NCBI GenBank assembly: GCA_001774395.1 | Contig: MEZX01000002.1 | Span: 226,753 to 273,095 of the forward strand | Direction: 5' to 3' | Source: Candidatus Berkelbacteria bacterium RIFCSPLOWO2_01_FULL_50_28 | GTDB taxonomy: Bacteria > Patescibacteriota > UBA1384 > 2-12-FULL-50-11 | Length of the DNA stretch: 46,343 bases | Part shown: positions 1 to 9,352 of the stretch, one piece after another | How positions within the stretch are numbered: the first letter of the stretch is position 1 | How the letters are laid out: each line of letters begins with the position of its first letter | The notes under the pieces: generated by a model | What the model was told of the DNA's origin: nothing | The model's input: only the letters and a program-made list of their open reading frames with translations | Databases searched by the model: none | Translations under genes and position numbers: made by a program

Positions 1-111
1 TGCTAAGACGAATTGTATAGTTTTGGTAACCAAGAATCAATAACACAAGACCGCTTGAAGTTTTCGGAGGTCGAAATCCGGTTGAGACCGCGATTCGCTA
101 TACTGTAGCTA

Positions 112-972
112 ATGGACTCGATTGTTTTTTGGCTCATACCGGTGATACTGCTAATCGTCTTAACGATCCTGACACTCGCCATGACCAGCGTTAAACCGAA
201 ACGCGAGACTTTTTTAGAGCCGCTTGGGACGCTAGTCAAAAACTGGAATCTCGCTCGTTTTGAGGGTAGGAAAAGCGAGGTAGAGCGCTATTTGGAGACC
301 ATCTCGACGCTGGATATCGGCCAAGAGTGGTTGAAAACGTTTCTACATCTGCGCGAAGGGCGAGGTCGAGTCAAAACAGAACTCATTTACTTTCGACCGA
401 TCGGCTTGCTCGGCTGTCAGGTTGTTTTCCGGCTTGGCAGTAGGTTGACCTCGGCTGTATTAGGGCTGGAAAGTGCCGTAGGGGAGCAGGTTGAAGGGAT
501 ACGAAAGATAGCCAAAACCGCCAACACCGCTGAAAAGAGCGGATATCTAACTTTTGTTCTGGGAGTCAGCTCGCTTGCAAAACTACCGCGCGAAAACGAT
601 CTACCAAATATCTCTCATCGGTTAGTTGGCGAGCTAGTGCTCGAGCCGGAACTCGATAAAAACTTTGTTGCCAAAATTAAAGGGCTAAAGACAGCGCCGC
701 GCTTCCTCACCGGCGCGCCAGTGGTCTGGGCGGAAAATATTTACAAAGAAGTCTTTGGCGTCCCGGTTGTTGTTTCGGCGTCAGGCCCACGCTTAAACGA
801 GCTAAGCCCCAAGTTTGCCGAAGAAGAGCTGCGAAAAGCCCAGGTGATCGCGATGGCCGATACCAAGCTAAAACACTGGGCGATTCGCCTGATCGCGCCG
901 GACTCGTCAGTGATGATTTCTTCCCAAGAAGATGACCGCGAGTTGCCCGCTACCTTCATTAATCACTTCTAG
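112..972 (+). CDS. hypothetical protein with an N-terminal transmembrane helix
   Basis: 286-aa ORF with a hydrophobic N-terminus (IVFWLIPVILLIVLTILTLAMT). No family motif recognised and no clear SD. Confidence 0.5.
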   Translation: MDSIVFWLIPVILLIVLTILTLAMTSVKPKRETFLEPLGTLVKNWNLARFEGRKSEVERYLETISTLDIGQEWLKTFLHLREGRGRVKTELIYFRPIGLLGCQVVFRLGSRLTSAVLGLESAVGEQVEGIRKIAKTANTAEKSGYLTFVLGVSSLAKLPRENDLPNISHRLVGELVLEPELDKNFVAKIKGLKTAPRFLTGAPVVWAENIYKEVFGVPVVVSASGPRLNELSPKFAEEELRKAQVIAMADTKLKHWAIRLIAPDSSVMISSQEDDRELPATFINHF

Positions 973-1011
973 TTTGGCTACCCCCTCTTCATCAGGTAAG
1001 ATGGAGGCGAA

Positions 1012-2256
1012 ATGGAAAAAGAAACTTTGCAGCCACTTTCTGGGTTTCGCGATCTATTAGATCCGCGCAAAGCGCGACTTTTGGGCGTGCTTGCCAAAAC
1101 ATTTCAGCGCTTCGGCTATCGGCCGTTGGAGACGCCGATAATAGAAAAACAGGATATCCTGCTTGGCAAAATGGGTGACGAGGCGCAAAAACTTCTTTAT
1201 TTGTTTGAAGATAGCGGCAAAAGAAAAGTTGGCTTGCGCTACGATCTGACAGTGCCCTTAAGCCGTTTTGTGGCCGCCAATTATCGCGAGCTACCGCTCC
1301 CGTTCAAGCGTTACGAGATCGGCCCCGTGTTTCGCGCCGAAAAACCGCAGAAAGGCCGTTACCGCCAGTTTACCCAAGCAGATATCGATGTCGTCGGCGA
1401 CGGCGGCTCACTCGGCTCGGAAACAGAAATTCTAGAAGTGGTGGCCGCAACTTCAGATGAGCTTGGGTTGAAGATTACTTTTGAGATTAACGACCGACAG
1501 CTTTTAATAAGGGGTCTAGACGAGCTAAAGATAGCCGAATCTAGCAGGGGAAAACTCTTGCGCCTGCTCGACAAGAAAGACAAAGTCAGCGAGATCCAGC
1601 TGCAAAAAGAACTCTCAAGTTTGGAGCTAACTGACGTCCAGAAGCGAAACGTGACGCACCTATTTTTAAGCGGCCAGAACGAAGAGCTGGAAACTTGGGA
1701 AAAGTTGGTCGGCAAAGAGGCAGTTGGACCTGTCGAAAAGCTTCTGGCACAGGCCAAAAGGATCGGCCTGATGGCCAAATTTTCTCCGGCGATGGTTCGG
1801 GGCTTGGATTACTACACGGGCCTAATATTTGAAGGCAAATTAATCGACGGTGAGTCTTCCTCGGTGGTTGGTGGCGGTCGTTACGACGGCCTAGTGGAAG
1901 ATTTGGTAGGCCAAAAATTACCGGCGGTCGGCATATCATTTGGCGTGGATCGTCTGTTAGAAGCGCTAAAAGAGGATGAGCCCTCAGCGATCTTTGTGGC
2001 CAACATCGACTCAACACTTGAAGACGATCTGCGGCTGTGGGTGAAAAAACTGCGCCAGTCAGGAACATCCGTGGAGCTGTATGCCGCGCCAACCGATATC
2101 GGCACGCAACTTAAGTACGCTTCCAGGCGAGGCTATAAGAAGGTAATTCTGCCGCTAGAAGACAGTTGGGGTATGGGAACAGTAGAAGTGAAGGATCTCA
2201 TAAGCGGAGCGCAGAGAGCAATTAAAAGAGCTGATATTGAAGATGAACGAACCTAA
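1012..2256 (+). CDS. hisS: histidyl-tRNA synthetase
   Basis: Class II aaRS motifs: GFRD near the N-terminus, motif 2 'GPVFRAEKPQKGRYRQFTQADIDVVG' and motif 3 'GGGRYDGLV'. GGAGG lies 4 nt upstream of the ATG. Confidence 0.9.
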   Translation: MEKETLQPLSGFRDLLDPRKARLLGVLAKTFQRFGYRPLETPIIEKQDILLGKMGDEAQKLLYLFEDSGKRKVGLRYDLTVPLSRFVAANYRELPLPFKRYEIGPVFRAEKPQKGRYRQFTQADIDVVGDGGSLGSETEILEVVAATSDELGLKITFEINDRQLLIRGLDELKIAESSRGKLLRLLDKKDKVSEIQLQKELSSLELTDVQKRNVTHLFLSGQNEELETWEKLVGKEAVGPVEKLLAQAKRIGLMAKFSPAMVRGLDYYTGLIFEGKLIDGESSSVVGGGRYDGLVEDLVGQKLPAVGISFGVDRLLEALKEDEPSAIFVANIDSTLEDDLRLWVKKLRQSGTSVELYAAPTDIGTQLKYASRRGYKKVILPLEDSWGMGTVEVKDLISGAQRAIKRADIEDERT

Positions 2257-5221
2257 GCGCGAATCTGCCTTCGAGCGCGAAGAGCAAGTTTTGAAGCTCT
2301 GGCAGGATCGCCAAATTTTTACCAAATCTCTTGAGCAAACTGCCAAGGGCGATGTCTTCTCGTTTTACGACGGGCCACCGTTTATTACCGGCACACCGCA
2401 CTACGGCACGTTACTGCCCACAATCGCCAAAGACGTTATCCCACGCTATCAAACTATGAAAGGCAAATACGTGCGGCGAATTTGGGGTTGGGACACGCAC
2501 GGCCTGCCGGCCGAAAATCAAGTAGAAAAACAGCTTGGGCTAAAAGTAAAAACCGATATCGAAAAATTAGGAATCGATAAGTTTATCGCCGAGTGTCGCA
2601 AGTACGTCCAGACTAGCTCAGAGGCCTGGAAGTGGTACGTCGACCACATCGGCCGTTGGGTAGATATGGAAAACGCCTACCGCACCGACAGTTTGGAATA
2701 TATGGAGTCGGTGATGTGGGTTTTCAAACAATTATATGAAAAAGACCTGATTTATCGGGGTAGACGCACGTCGCTCTACTGCCCGCGTTGCGCAACGCCG
2801 CTTTCGAAATTTGAGGTGACGATGGATGAAGATTCGTACCGCGACGTCGAGGACCCGGCGGTCACGGTGGCGTTTCGTATGTTGGGTGATGAGATCTATT
2901 TGTTGGCCTGGACGACCACGCCTTGGACTCTGCCGGCCAACCTTGCTCTGGCAGTTGATAAGGATGCCGAATACGTGAAGGTTACCGATGGCAAGAAGCA
3001 ATATATCCTCGCCCACGAGGCCTTGCCACGGTACTCGGATTGCGATTTTGAGATACTCGAAACTTTCAAGGGTAGGAAGCTAATCGGTGAGCAATACGAA
3101 CCGCTCTACAGTTTTCTGCCGGTTAATGAGGAGCTGGACTATAAAATCTACGACGCCGATTTTGTGACCATGACGGAGGGCACGGGAATAGTTCACGTCG
3201 CGCCCGGCTTTGGTGAGGACGATTCAAAACTGGGCGAGAAAATCGGGCTATCGGTGCACGAAACAATCAACGACGAGGGGCATTTCATCGACGCGGTTAA
3301 GCCGTGGGCGGGGCAGTATTACAAAAAAGCCAACCCTTCCATAAGCGCCGATCTAACGACTCGTGGCCTGATGTTCAAAGAGGCAACGGCAGTTCACAGC
3401 TACCCGCACTGCTGGCGCTGCGCCACGCCGCTAATTTATAAAGCCCAAGTGTCTTGGTACATGAAGCTTGATCCGATTCGCGAGCAGCTTCTGAAACAAA
3501 ATAAGAATATCAATTGGACGCCGAAGCATTTTGGCGACAAGCGCTTTGCTTACAACATTGCCAACGCCCCCGACTGGTCGCTGTCGCGAACGCGCTACTG
3601 GGGTTCACCGATACCGGTTTGGGAAACCGAAGACGGTGAGATTTTTGTGCCTGGGTCTATCGCCGAGCTGGAAAAAATGTCGGGTCAAAAAATTACCGAC
3701 TTACATCGTCCAGCCATCGACGAAGTTGTGCTAACTCTGCCCGGTGGCAAGAAGGCCCATCGCGTCAAAGAGGTCCTGGACGTTTGGTTCGAATCGGGCT
3801 CGATGCCGTACGCCCAAGATCATTACCCGTTCGCGAGTAAAGAAGTGTTTGAAAGGCACTTTCCAACGGACTTCATCATCGAGTACACCGGTCAGCTGCG
3901 CGGCTGGTTCTACTATCTACACGTTCTGGCCAATGCCCTAAAGGGCGAGAATGCGTTTAAGAATGTGGTTGTCACTGGAGTGCTCATGGGCAACGACGGC
4001 CGCAAAATGAGCAAATCTTACGGCAACTATCCGGATCCCCGTCAGACGATCGAAAAATACGGTGCCGAAAGTCTGCGGCTGTACTTTATGGGCTCGAAAA
4101 TAATGAGCGGTGAAGATCCGGCAATTAGCGAGGATGACATTCGGGACTACTCGCGACTGCTCGGGGTGCTTCACAATAGTTTGCAGTACTACCTTACTTA
4201 CGCCTCGGCGCACAAATTTTCCCCAGCTGTGAGTAATACCGTTTTCGGGGCGTCGCGGACGACGAGCGGGCACGGTGCCGAGGTTGTCGAGGCGAGCGAG
4301 GAGGAGCGCGAGAGCCGAGCTCACGCTGGAGAGCGAGGACTCGTACCCGGGGGCGGTATTACTCACGGCGTCCTTCTCGATCGCTGGATACTTCTGCGTC
4401 TGGCCGAGCTGAAGCGCGATTACTCATTGGCGTTAGACAGGTTCGATCTTGCGGCCTCAACCCAAACTATCCGACCGTTTATTGAAGATCTCTCCACCTG
4501 GTACATTCGACGTTCACGCGAACGGTTCGTGGCGGGAGACAAAAATGCCCTTTCAACCCTGCGCTACGTGCTATTTGAGTTTGCCAAAACTGTTGCCCCA
4601 ACACTACCGTTTAGTGCCGAGACGATTTATCAAGCACTTGGCGGTGAGAAAGAGTCAGTTCATTTGGAAAGCTATCCCATTGTTGAAGCCGACATCGCCG
4701 ACGAAGGCAATATTCTTGACGGAATGATTGCTGTACGCGAGATCGCCTCGACCGTTCATATGATACGCTCGGACGCTAAAATCCCGTTGCGCCAACCGCT
4801 GTCGCGCCTGACGATTTCCAGCCTAGAGACAATCGCGGCGGACGACGAACTCGTGGAAATCCTGCAACAGGAAGCGAACGTTGAGGAAGTTGTCTTTGAC
4901 TCTGTTGGCGATAAGTCTGTGGCGGTCGGTAACGGAAAGATTGAGCTCGACACAGCTCTGACGCCCGAGCTCAAAGCTGAGGGCCATTTCCGGGAGATTC
5001 TGCGACAGCTGCAAAGTGCTCGCAAACAGGCCGGTCTAATAGTTGGCCAGAAAGCCGCCTTAAAATATTTCACTCGTGACGATGAGATCGAGGAGCTCTT
5101 TACTGGACGAGTGGAGGAGATAAAGCAATATATTTCACTACGTTCGCTAGAAAAAGTTGCCGACTCGGCCGAACTCAAGGCGATTGACGGTGAACAGCTA
5201 AGCGTTCGGTTTGTAGCGTAA
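2243..5221 (+). CDS. ileS: isoleucyl-tRNA synthetase (type 2-like)
   Basis: Class I motifs 'PPFITGTPHYGTLL' (HIGH-type) and 'KMSKS', editing-domain length, and 'LDRWIL' before the anticodon-binding domain. The ORF opens at TTG 2237, but ATG 2243 is more likely. It overlaps the hisS 3' end. Confidence 0.92.
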   Translation: MNEPKRESAFEREEQVLKLWQDRQIFTKSLEQTAKGDVFSFYDGPPFITGTPHYGTLLPTIAKDVIPRYQTMKGKYVRRIWGWDTHGLPAENQVEKQLGLKVKTDIEKLGIDKFIAECRKYVQTSSEAWKWYVDHIGRWVDMENAYRTDSLEYMESVMWVFKQLYEKDLIYRGRRTSLYCPRCATPLSKFEVTMDEDSYRDVEDPAVTVAFRMLGDEIYLLAWTTTPWTLPANLALAVDKDAEYVKVTDGKKQYILAHEALPRYSDCDFEILETFKGRKLIGEQYEPLYSFLPVNEELDYKIYDADFVTMTEGTGIVHVAPGFGEDDSKLGEKIGLSVHETINDEGHFIDAVKPWAGQYYKKANPSISADLTTRGLMFKEATAVHSYPHCWRCATPLIYKAQVSWYMKLDPIREQLLKQNKNINWTPKHFGDKRFAYNIANAPDWSLSRTRYWGSPIPVWETEDGEIFVPGSIAELEKMSGQKITDLHRPAIDEVVLTLPGGKKAHRVKEVLDVWFESGSMPYAQDHYPFASKEVFERHFPTDFIIEYTGQLRGWFYYLHVLANALKGENAFKNVVVTGVLMGNDGRKMSKSYGNYPDPRQTIEKYGAESLRLYFMGSKIMSGEDPAISEDDIRDYSRLLGVLHNSLQYYLTYASAHKFSPAVSNTVFGASRTTSGHGAEVVEASEEERESRAHAGERGLVPGGGITHGVLLDRWILLRLAELKRDYSLALDRFDLAASTQTIRPFIEDLSTWYIRRSRERFVAGDKNALSTLRYVLFEFAKTVAPTLPFSAETIYQALGGEKESVHLESYPIVEADIADEGNILDGMIAVREIASTVHMIRSDAKIPLRQPLSRLTISSLETIAADDELVEILQQEANVEEVVFDSVGDKSVAVGNGKIELDTALTPELKAEGHFREILRQLQSARKQAGLIVGQKAALKYFTRDDEIEELFTGRVEEIKQYISLRSLEKVADSAELKAIDGEQLSVRFVA
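4229..4366. repeat. 138-bp in-frame palindromic insertion-like element inside ileS
   Basis: GTGAGTAATACCG (4229-4241) is the exact reverse complement of CGGTATTACTCAC (4354-4366). The stem can extend by UUUU:GGGG wobbles plus CGGG:CCCG. The interior is very GC-rich. Length is 46 codons, starting on a codon boundary. Confidence 0.6.
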
Positions 5222-5228
5222 AGAAGTA

Positions 5229-5264
5229 GGCGCCGGTCGTTTTACTGACCCGCGCCCTTTTGGT
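5229..5264. terminator. hairpin between the convergent ileS and pentein genes
   Basis: GGCGCCGGTC / GACCCGCGCC pairs at 9 of 10 positions, with an 8-nt loop, followed by CTTTTGG. Confidence 0.45.
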
Positions 5265-5277
5265 TGCCCGTTGGCGG

Positions 5278-6252
5278 CTAGCCGACGAAGTGATCGCCGT
5301 TAACCCAAGGCAGGAAGACCTCGCAGAGCATGCAGCGGACCCCACCGCCGCCGATTGTCTCGATGGTTGGGATATCGGCCGAGACGATCCGGCCGCCCCA
5401 CTTCTCGAGCTTGTCGAGCTGGTCTGGGCGGAAAGCCCGCTTGGCGGTTTCCGACATCACCACGATGCGGTCGCCACCTTCAGTCGAAAGCTCGAGGACG
5501 TTGCCGCAGAAGCTCTTCACCTGATCCCAGGTGATCTCGATCACTTCTTGGCGACCAGAGCCCTGCTGGTGTTGCATCAACCGCTCGAAGATCTCATCTC
5601 GCTCACCTTCGTCCGGAACTGCGTCCGGGCAGAAGAGTGCAAAATCCGTCCCCAGTGCCAGAATGACGTTGGTGTGGTACACCGGTTGTCCGTCGGCGTC
5701 AGCCGTGCCGAAAACCTTAGGGTAGTAGCTGAAGGTCGTGGCGAACTCTTTGATCGCTTCGATCGTCGTGCGCTCGGAGAGCGCGGCGTAGGCGATGTTG
5801 TTGATGTGGTCAAGCACCAAACTGCCGGTTCCTTCCAGGAAGTGGCCGTTGCGTTCAAGGTAGCTCAGGTCGACGATCTTGTCGGGGTCGACTTGAAATC
5901 CCGCGCGTCGCAGTCGCTCGCGAATCGCCGGCCAGGCGACTCGCTCGATCCGCCGATTTGTCGCCATCATCGGGTAGAGGATCATATGGTCCTCCTCGTC
6001 AGTCGAGAGCCAGTTGTTTGGAAAGACGCCGTCGGGGCAGCCGGGGGTGCCGGGGAAGCGGATAACGTTGACGCCGGCGTCCATCAAAACGCTGTCCAAC
6101 GCCTTCGACTCTGCCATCGCTCTTGATCTGATCTGGGCCTTGCTCAAGTTCTCGAGGTTCAGGTGGGCGAACCGGTTGTCGATCGCTGTTTTCGGGTTCG
6201 GCTCAAAATACTCCGCCCCGATCATGATCACCGTATGGGTTGATTGTTTCAC
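5278..6252 (-). CDS. pentein (guanidino-group-modifying) superfamily hydrolase; amidinotransferase / arginine dihydrolase / citrulline hydrolase-like
   Basis: 324 aa. The C-terminal 'GGGGVRCMLCEVF' is the catalytic-Cys motif of the ADI/DDAH/amidinotransferase fold. The + strand ORF 5260..6126 is its shadow. Confidence 0.75.
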   Translation of the reverse strand: MKQSTHTVIMIGAEYFEPNPKTAIDNRFAHLNLENLSKAQIRSRAMAESKALDSVLMDAGVNVIRFPGTPGCPDGVFPNNWLSTDEEDHMILYPMMATNRRIERVAWPAIRERLRRAGFQVDPDKIVDLSYLERNGHFLEGTGSLVLDHINNIAYAALSERTTIEAIKEFATTFSYYPKVFGTADADGQPVYHTNVILALGTDFALFCPDAVPDEGERDEIFERLMQHQQGSGRQEVIEITWDQVKSFCGNVLELSTEGGDRIVVMSETAKRAFRPDQLDKLEKWGGRIVSADIPTIETIGGGGVRCMLCEVFLPWVNGDHFVG

Positions 6253-6359
6253 TTTGTCACCATCCTTGTACTAAGACTGCGTCCAAGAAACGCTTGGAAT
6301 CGTTGGCGCAATAATATCCAATCCCGGTTGTTGAGTCAAGTGCCTCAAGACATCTCGGC

Positions 6360-6388
6360 TTGACTTCAGACGTGGTTTTGCTGATAAT
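6360..6388 (+). promoter_or_regulatory. sigma70-like promoter for the M20 gene
   Basis: TTGACT (6360-6365), 17-nt spacer, GATAAT (6383-6388), about 50 nt upstream of GTG 6440. Confidence 0.4.
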
Positions 6389-6439
6389 GCACATCACGTC
6401 CGTACCTTAAGAAACTATGCGGACTAAAAGAGGTGTTAA

Positions 6440-7582
6440 GTGAAATCGTTGATGCGTGTTTTGTCGACCCTTGTTGGCATTCCTACCAATGAGGGAGTTG
6501 CTAACCACCCCTACGTCCACGCTTTGTCGGTGCTGCTCGGCGACCTAGAGCCGGAGCTTGTGGTTAACTATGAGTCACGCGAAGCTCGACTAAGCGCCGC
6601 CGCGTGGAAGATTCCAGCGCCAAACCCGACCAAGGTGCCACTGGTTTTCGTTATCCACTCCGACACAGTCAACCCACAGCTCGATCCGACCAAGGCTTCG
6701 GGATATTCGTGGGATTTTCCACCGTTTGCTGTTACCAAAAAAGACGACAAACTTCACGGCCTTGGCTCCACCGATATGAAAGGTGGAACAGCTGCCCTGA
6801 TCTGCGCCCTCGATCAGGTCGATCGAAATGATCTGAACCGCGACATTTGGGTGGTGATGGATGGCGACGAGGAAACCGATGTTCGTGGAGGCTGTGAGCT
6901 GAAAAAGCTGTTGCCACTCAAAGAGGCAGAAGTTGTTATCATCGAGCCTACCGCCTACGGCTTACGCTGTCGCCAGAAGGCCTCGATCACACTTTTGGCT
7001 ACTGTCTCTGGCTCGGCGCAGCACGCCAGCCAGGCGACCAAGGAGCTCAACCGTACCGACAACGCAATCGAGCAGGCACGACGTGTACTCAATGCGTTGC
7101 ACGCGTACGAACTATCACTGCCGGACGTTGGCGGCGACATCTTTGACCAGCCGACTGTGGCTGTGACAAAAATCCAGGGCGGCACCTCCATCAATACCAT
7201 CGCTGAAGAAGTGGTTATCACTATCGACCGGCGAGCGCGTTTGGACGAGGACTTGGACGAAGTGATCAAGGCAATGGGAGCAACCGTGAAAGCTGCTGTG
7301 CCGGATGCCAAGCCTTACCTTGATTTCAAGGGCGAAGGCTATCAGACGCCAAGCTCTGACCCGTTCGTGCTGCGATCACTTGCACTGGCGCGCGAGGTCG
7401 TGCCGGATTTTGCTCTGATGGACACCCCAGGCTGGTCGGAAGCATCCAACTTCTGCCACCTCGGGCCAACCATCATCGCCGGGCCCGGCGTGCTCGACCA
7501 GCTTCACAAGGTGGACGAGTACACCTCGCTCAAGTCACTCGAGGCTTACGTCGAGATCTTCAAGCGCTGGATTACGGCCTAG
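6440..7582 (+). CDS. M20-family metallohydrolase (ArgE/DapE/dipeptidase-like)
   Basis: Motifs 'HSDTV', 'GLGSTDMKGG' and 'DGDEE' are typical of M20 zinc peptidases or deacylases. GTG start. Confidence 0.8.
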   Translation: MKSLMRVLSTLVGIPTNEGVANHPYVHALSVLLGDLEPELVVNYESREARLSAAAWKIPAPNPTKVPLVFVIHSDTVNPQLDPTKASGYSWDFPPFAVTKKDDKLHGLGSTDMKGGTAALICALDQVDRNDLNRDIWVVMDGDEETDVRGGCELKKLLPLKEAEVVIIEPTAYGLRCRQKASITLLATVSGSAQHASQATKELNRTDNAIEQARRVLNALHAYELSLPDVGGDIFDQPTVAVTKIQGGTSINTIAEEVVITIDRRARLDEDLDEVIKAMGATVKAAVPDAKPYLDFKGEGYQTPSSDPFVLRSLALAREVVPDFALMDTPGWSEASNFCHLGPTIIAGPGVLDQLHKVDEYTSLKSLEAYVEIFKRWITA

Positions 7583-7602
7583 CCGCCGTAGCGCTCCAAA
7601 AT

Positions 7603-7638
7603 GCCCGTTTCGGATTTTCCGGACGGGCTAAGCTTTTA
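7603..7638 (+). terminator. rho-independent terminator-like hairpin
   Basis: GCCCGTTTCGG / CCGGACGGGC stem with one bulge and an ATTTT loop, then a short CTTTT run. Confidence 0.4.
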
Positions 7639-7658
7639 CCCGAACTGGTGCTGAACTG

Positions 7659-7687
7659 ATGACGGGCTTCCTGCAATCGGCTAGAAT
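7659..7687 (+). promoter_or_regulatory. candidate promoter, possibly giving a near-leaderless mRNA
   Basis: ATGACG, 17-nt spacer, TAGAAT (7682-7687). ATG 7697 is only 10 nt downstream and has no SD. Confidence 0.3.
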
Positions 7688-7696
7688 TACACTTAA

Positions 7697-8515
7697 ATGA
7701 CAGGAGAATTGATTACAAAAGTTATTAGTGCCAAGCCCGGGAAAACCGTGGCGGTTTTTGCTGGCATTCACGGCAACGAAAAAGCTGGGGTGATGGCTCT
7801 GGAAAAAGTGCTGAAAACCTTCCAGCTCGATGCCGGCACTGCCTATTTTGTTATTGCCAACCCCGAAGCGGTCAAACTAAATGTCCGTTTCATCGAGAAA
7901 AACCTCAACCGATTATTTTTCACCAGCAACGACGGCCAAACGACCGAAGACGAACGAGCACGAGAATTGATGAAGGTTCTTGATGAGTGTGACGCGCTGC
8001 TGGACCTGCACGGCTACAACGGCGAGGAAGACAGTCCGTTCATTATTACTGACGGCGAAGGACTGGAGTTGGCCAGCAAGCTTGATTTTGGCTATATCAT
8101 TACTGGTATCAATAAGGCCGGCGACGGCGCGACCGATTGCTACATGACTGAACAAAAGAAACCGGGGTTGTGTCTAGAGTGCGGTTCGAATTTTCACCCG
8201 GAGAAATACGCTGCACTGGCCGAGAAGTCTATCTACCAATTTTTGAAGTTTTACGGTTTGGTTGAGAGCGCTCCTGGATTTGATTCCCGGGAGCAGAAGT
8301 TGTTCAAGACAGGCGAGATTGCCATCCGCCAGAGTGAGACGTTCGCCTTTGACCGCGAGTACCAAAACTTTGACGAACTTAAATCGGGGGCAGTCTTTGC
8401 GACCGACGGCGAGAATAAATACACCGCCAAAGAGAACGAGTACATCATCTTCCCGCGACCGAATCAAAAGATCGGCCAGGAGTCGTTTATGCTCGTGAGT
8501 CGCATCAACTCTTGA
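7697..8515 (+). CDS. AstE/AspA-type zinc hydrolase (M14 clan; succinylglutamate desuccinylase/aspartoacylase-like)
   Basis: 272 aa with an N-terminal 'VAVFAGIHGNEKAG' zinc-ligand motif, and 'LDLHG' further on. Confidence 0.7.
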   Translation: MTGELITKVISAKPGKTVAVFAGIHGNEKAGVMALEKVLKTFQLDAGTAYFVIANPEAVKLNVRFIEKNLNRLFFTSNDGQTTEDERARELMKVLDECDALLDLHGYNGEEDSPFIITDGEGLELASKLDFGYIITGINKAGDGATDCYMTEQKKPGLCLECGSNFHPEKYAALAEKSIYQFLKFYGLVESAPGFDSREQKLFKTGEIAIRQSETFAFDREYQNFDELKSGAVFATDGENKYTAKENEYIIFPRPNQKIGQESFMLVSRINS

Positions 8516-8585
8516 TTTACTCTTGTGTTGAGGGTACAATCTAGCAATCCAAAGTGAAGCGACAAGCTTCAAGGTAGGTGACCTT

Positions 8586-9293
8586 TTGAACAAACCGAAA
8601 ACGATCGGAATTCTCGGCGGGATGGGGCCGGCGGTTAGCGCTGACTTCCAAAAAACGCTGATCGAAATCGCACAGGAAAAGTACGGTGCTGTCCAGGACA
8701 CCGACTTCCCACGCATTTGGCATTTCAGCATGGGGATGGAGGGCTTCGACGAGACCGGCATCAGTGATGAAGCCAAGGTTCTCGACCAGCTCATCCACGG
8801 CGTTCGCGATCTGGAACGAGTCGGGGCCGACTTCATCGTAATCCCGTGCAACACGGTTCATCATTTCTACCGAGAAATGAGCGCAGCGGTCGAAGTGCCG
8901 ATTCTCAACATCCTTGAGCTGACGGCTGCTCGGGTGACGCACAGCAATTACCAGACCGTCGGGGTTTTGAGCTCCGAAACGACCAATCGTCTCGGACTCT
9001 ACGACAAGGCGCTTGATGCCAAGGGCCTCAAAGTGAGCAAGCTGGGAGTCGTTAGACAGCAAGTGCTGAACGGGCTGGTGGCCAAGGTCATGGCCGGCAC
9101 ACAGGATGTCGACGACAAGCATCTTGCCGAAGAGTTCGCCAACACTCTCATCAGGTCGTGCGGCGCCGAGGCCCTGATCATCGGTTGCACCGAGATCCCG
9201 TTCTTGCTCGACTGTGCTCGTTTCAGCGTCCCAGTCTATGATTCGCTGGCGATCCTGGCCGAAGAGACGATCAAATTCGCCTACGGCGAGTAG
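8586..9293 (+). CDS. aspartate/glutamate racemase family protein
   Basis: 'IGILGGMGPAVSADF', 'IPCNTVHHF' and 'IIGCTEIP' are the two catalytic-Cys motifs of Asp/Glu racemases. TTG start. Confidence 0.85.
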   Translation: MNKPKTIGILGGMGPAVSADFQKTLIEIAQEKYGAVQDTDFPRIWHFSMGMEGFDETGISDEAKVLDQLIHGVRDLERVGADFIVIPCNTVHHFYREMSAAVEVPILNILELTAARVTHSNYQTVGVLSSETTNRLGLYDKALDAKGLKVSKLGVVRQQVLNGLVAKVMAGTQDVDDKHLAEEFANTLIRSCGAEALIIGCTEIPFLLDCARFSVPVYDSLAILAEETIKFAYGE

Positions 9294-9315
9294 ATCGATT
9301 CCCGCTCCCCAAACG

Positions 9316-9352
9316 CGCCAAGTGGCTCCTAGCTGCTTGGCGTTATTTTTTT
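9316..9352. terminator. hairpin between convergent genes
   Basis: CGCCAAG (9316-9322) pairs with CTTGGCG (9336-9342), followed by TTATTTTTTT. Confidence 0.5.

Noticed and set aside
3-239. 78-aa minus-strand ORF at the window edge
   Set aside because: It overlaps the start of the 112..972 ORF and has no SD or motif. I cannot support it.
974-1002. TTGGCT-17-TAAGAT promoter-like pair upstream of hisS
   Set aside because: The -10 element ends 1 nt before the GGAGG used by hisS. The predicted start site would therefore exclude the SD, which makes the two calls mutually inconsistent.
5260-6126. 288-aa + strand ORF
   Set aside because: It lies entirely antisense to the pentein gene (5278..6252), which has a clear catalytic motif. 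Its translation is Arg/Ala/Val/Asp-rich with no motif, as expected for a shadow ORF in GC-rich DNA.
8174-9122. Minus-strand ORFs of 226 aa (8174..8854) and 193 aa (8541..9122)
   Set aside because: They are antisense to the well-supported AstE-like and racemase genes. No motifs are present, so they are shadow ORFs.
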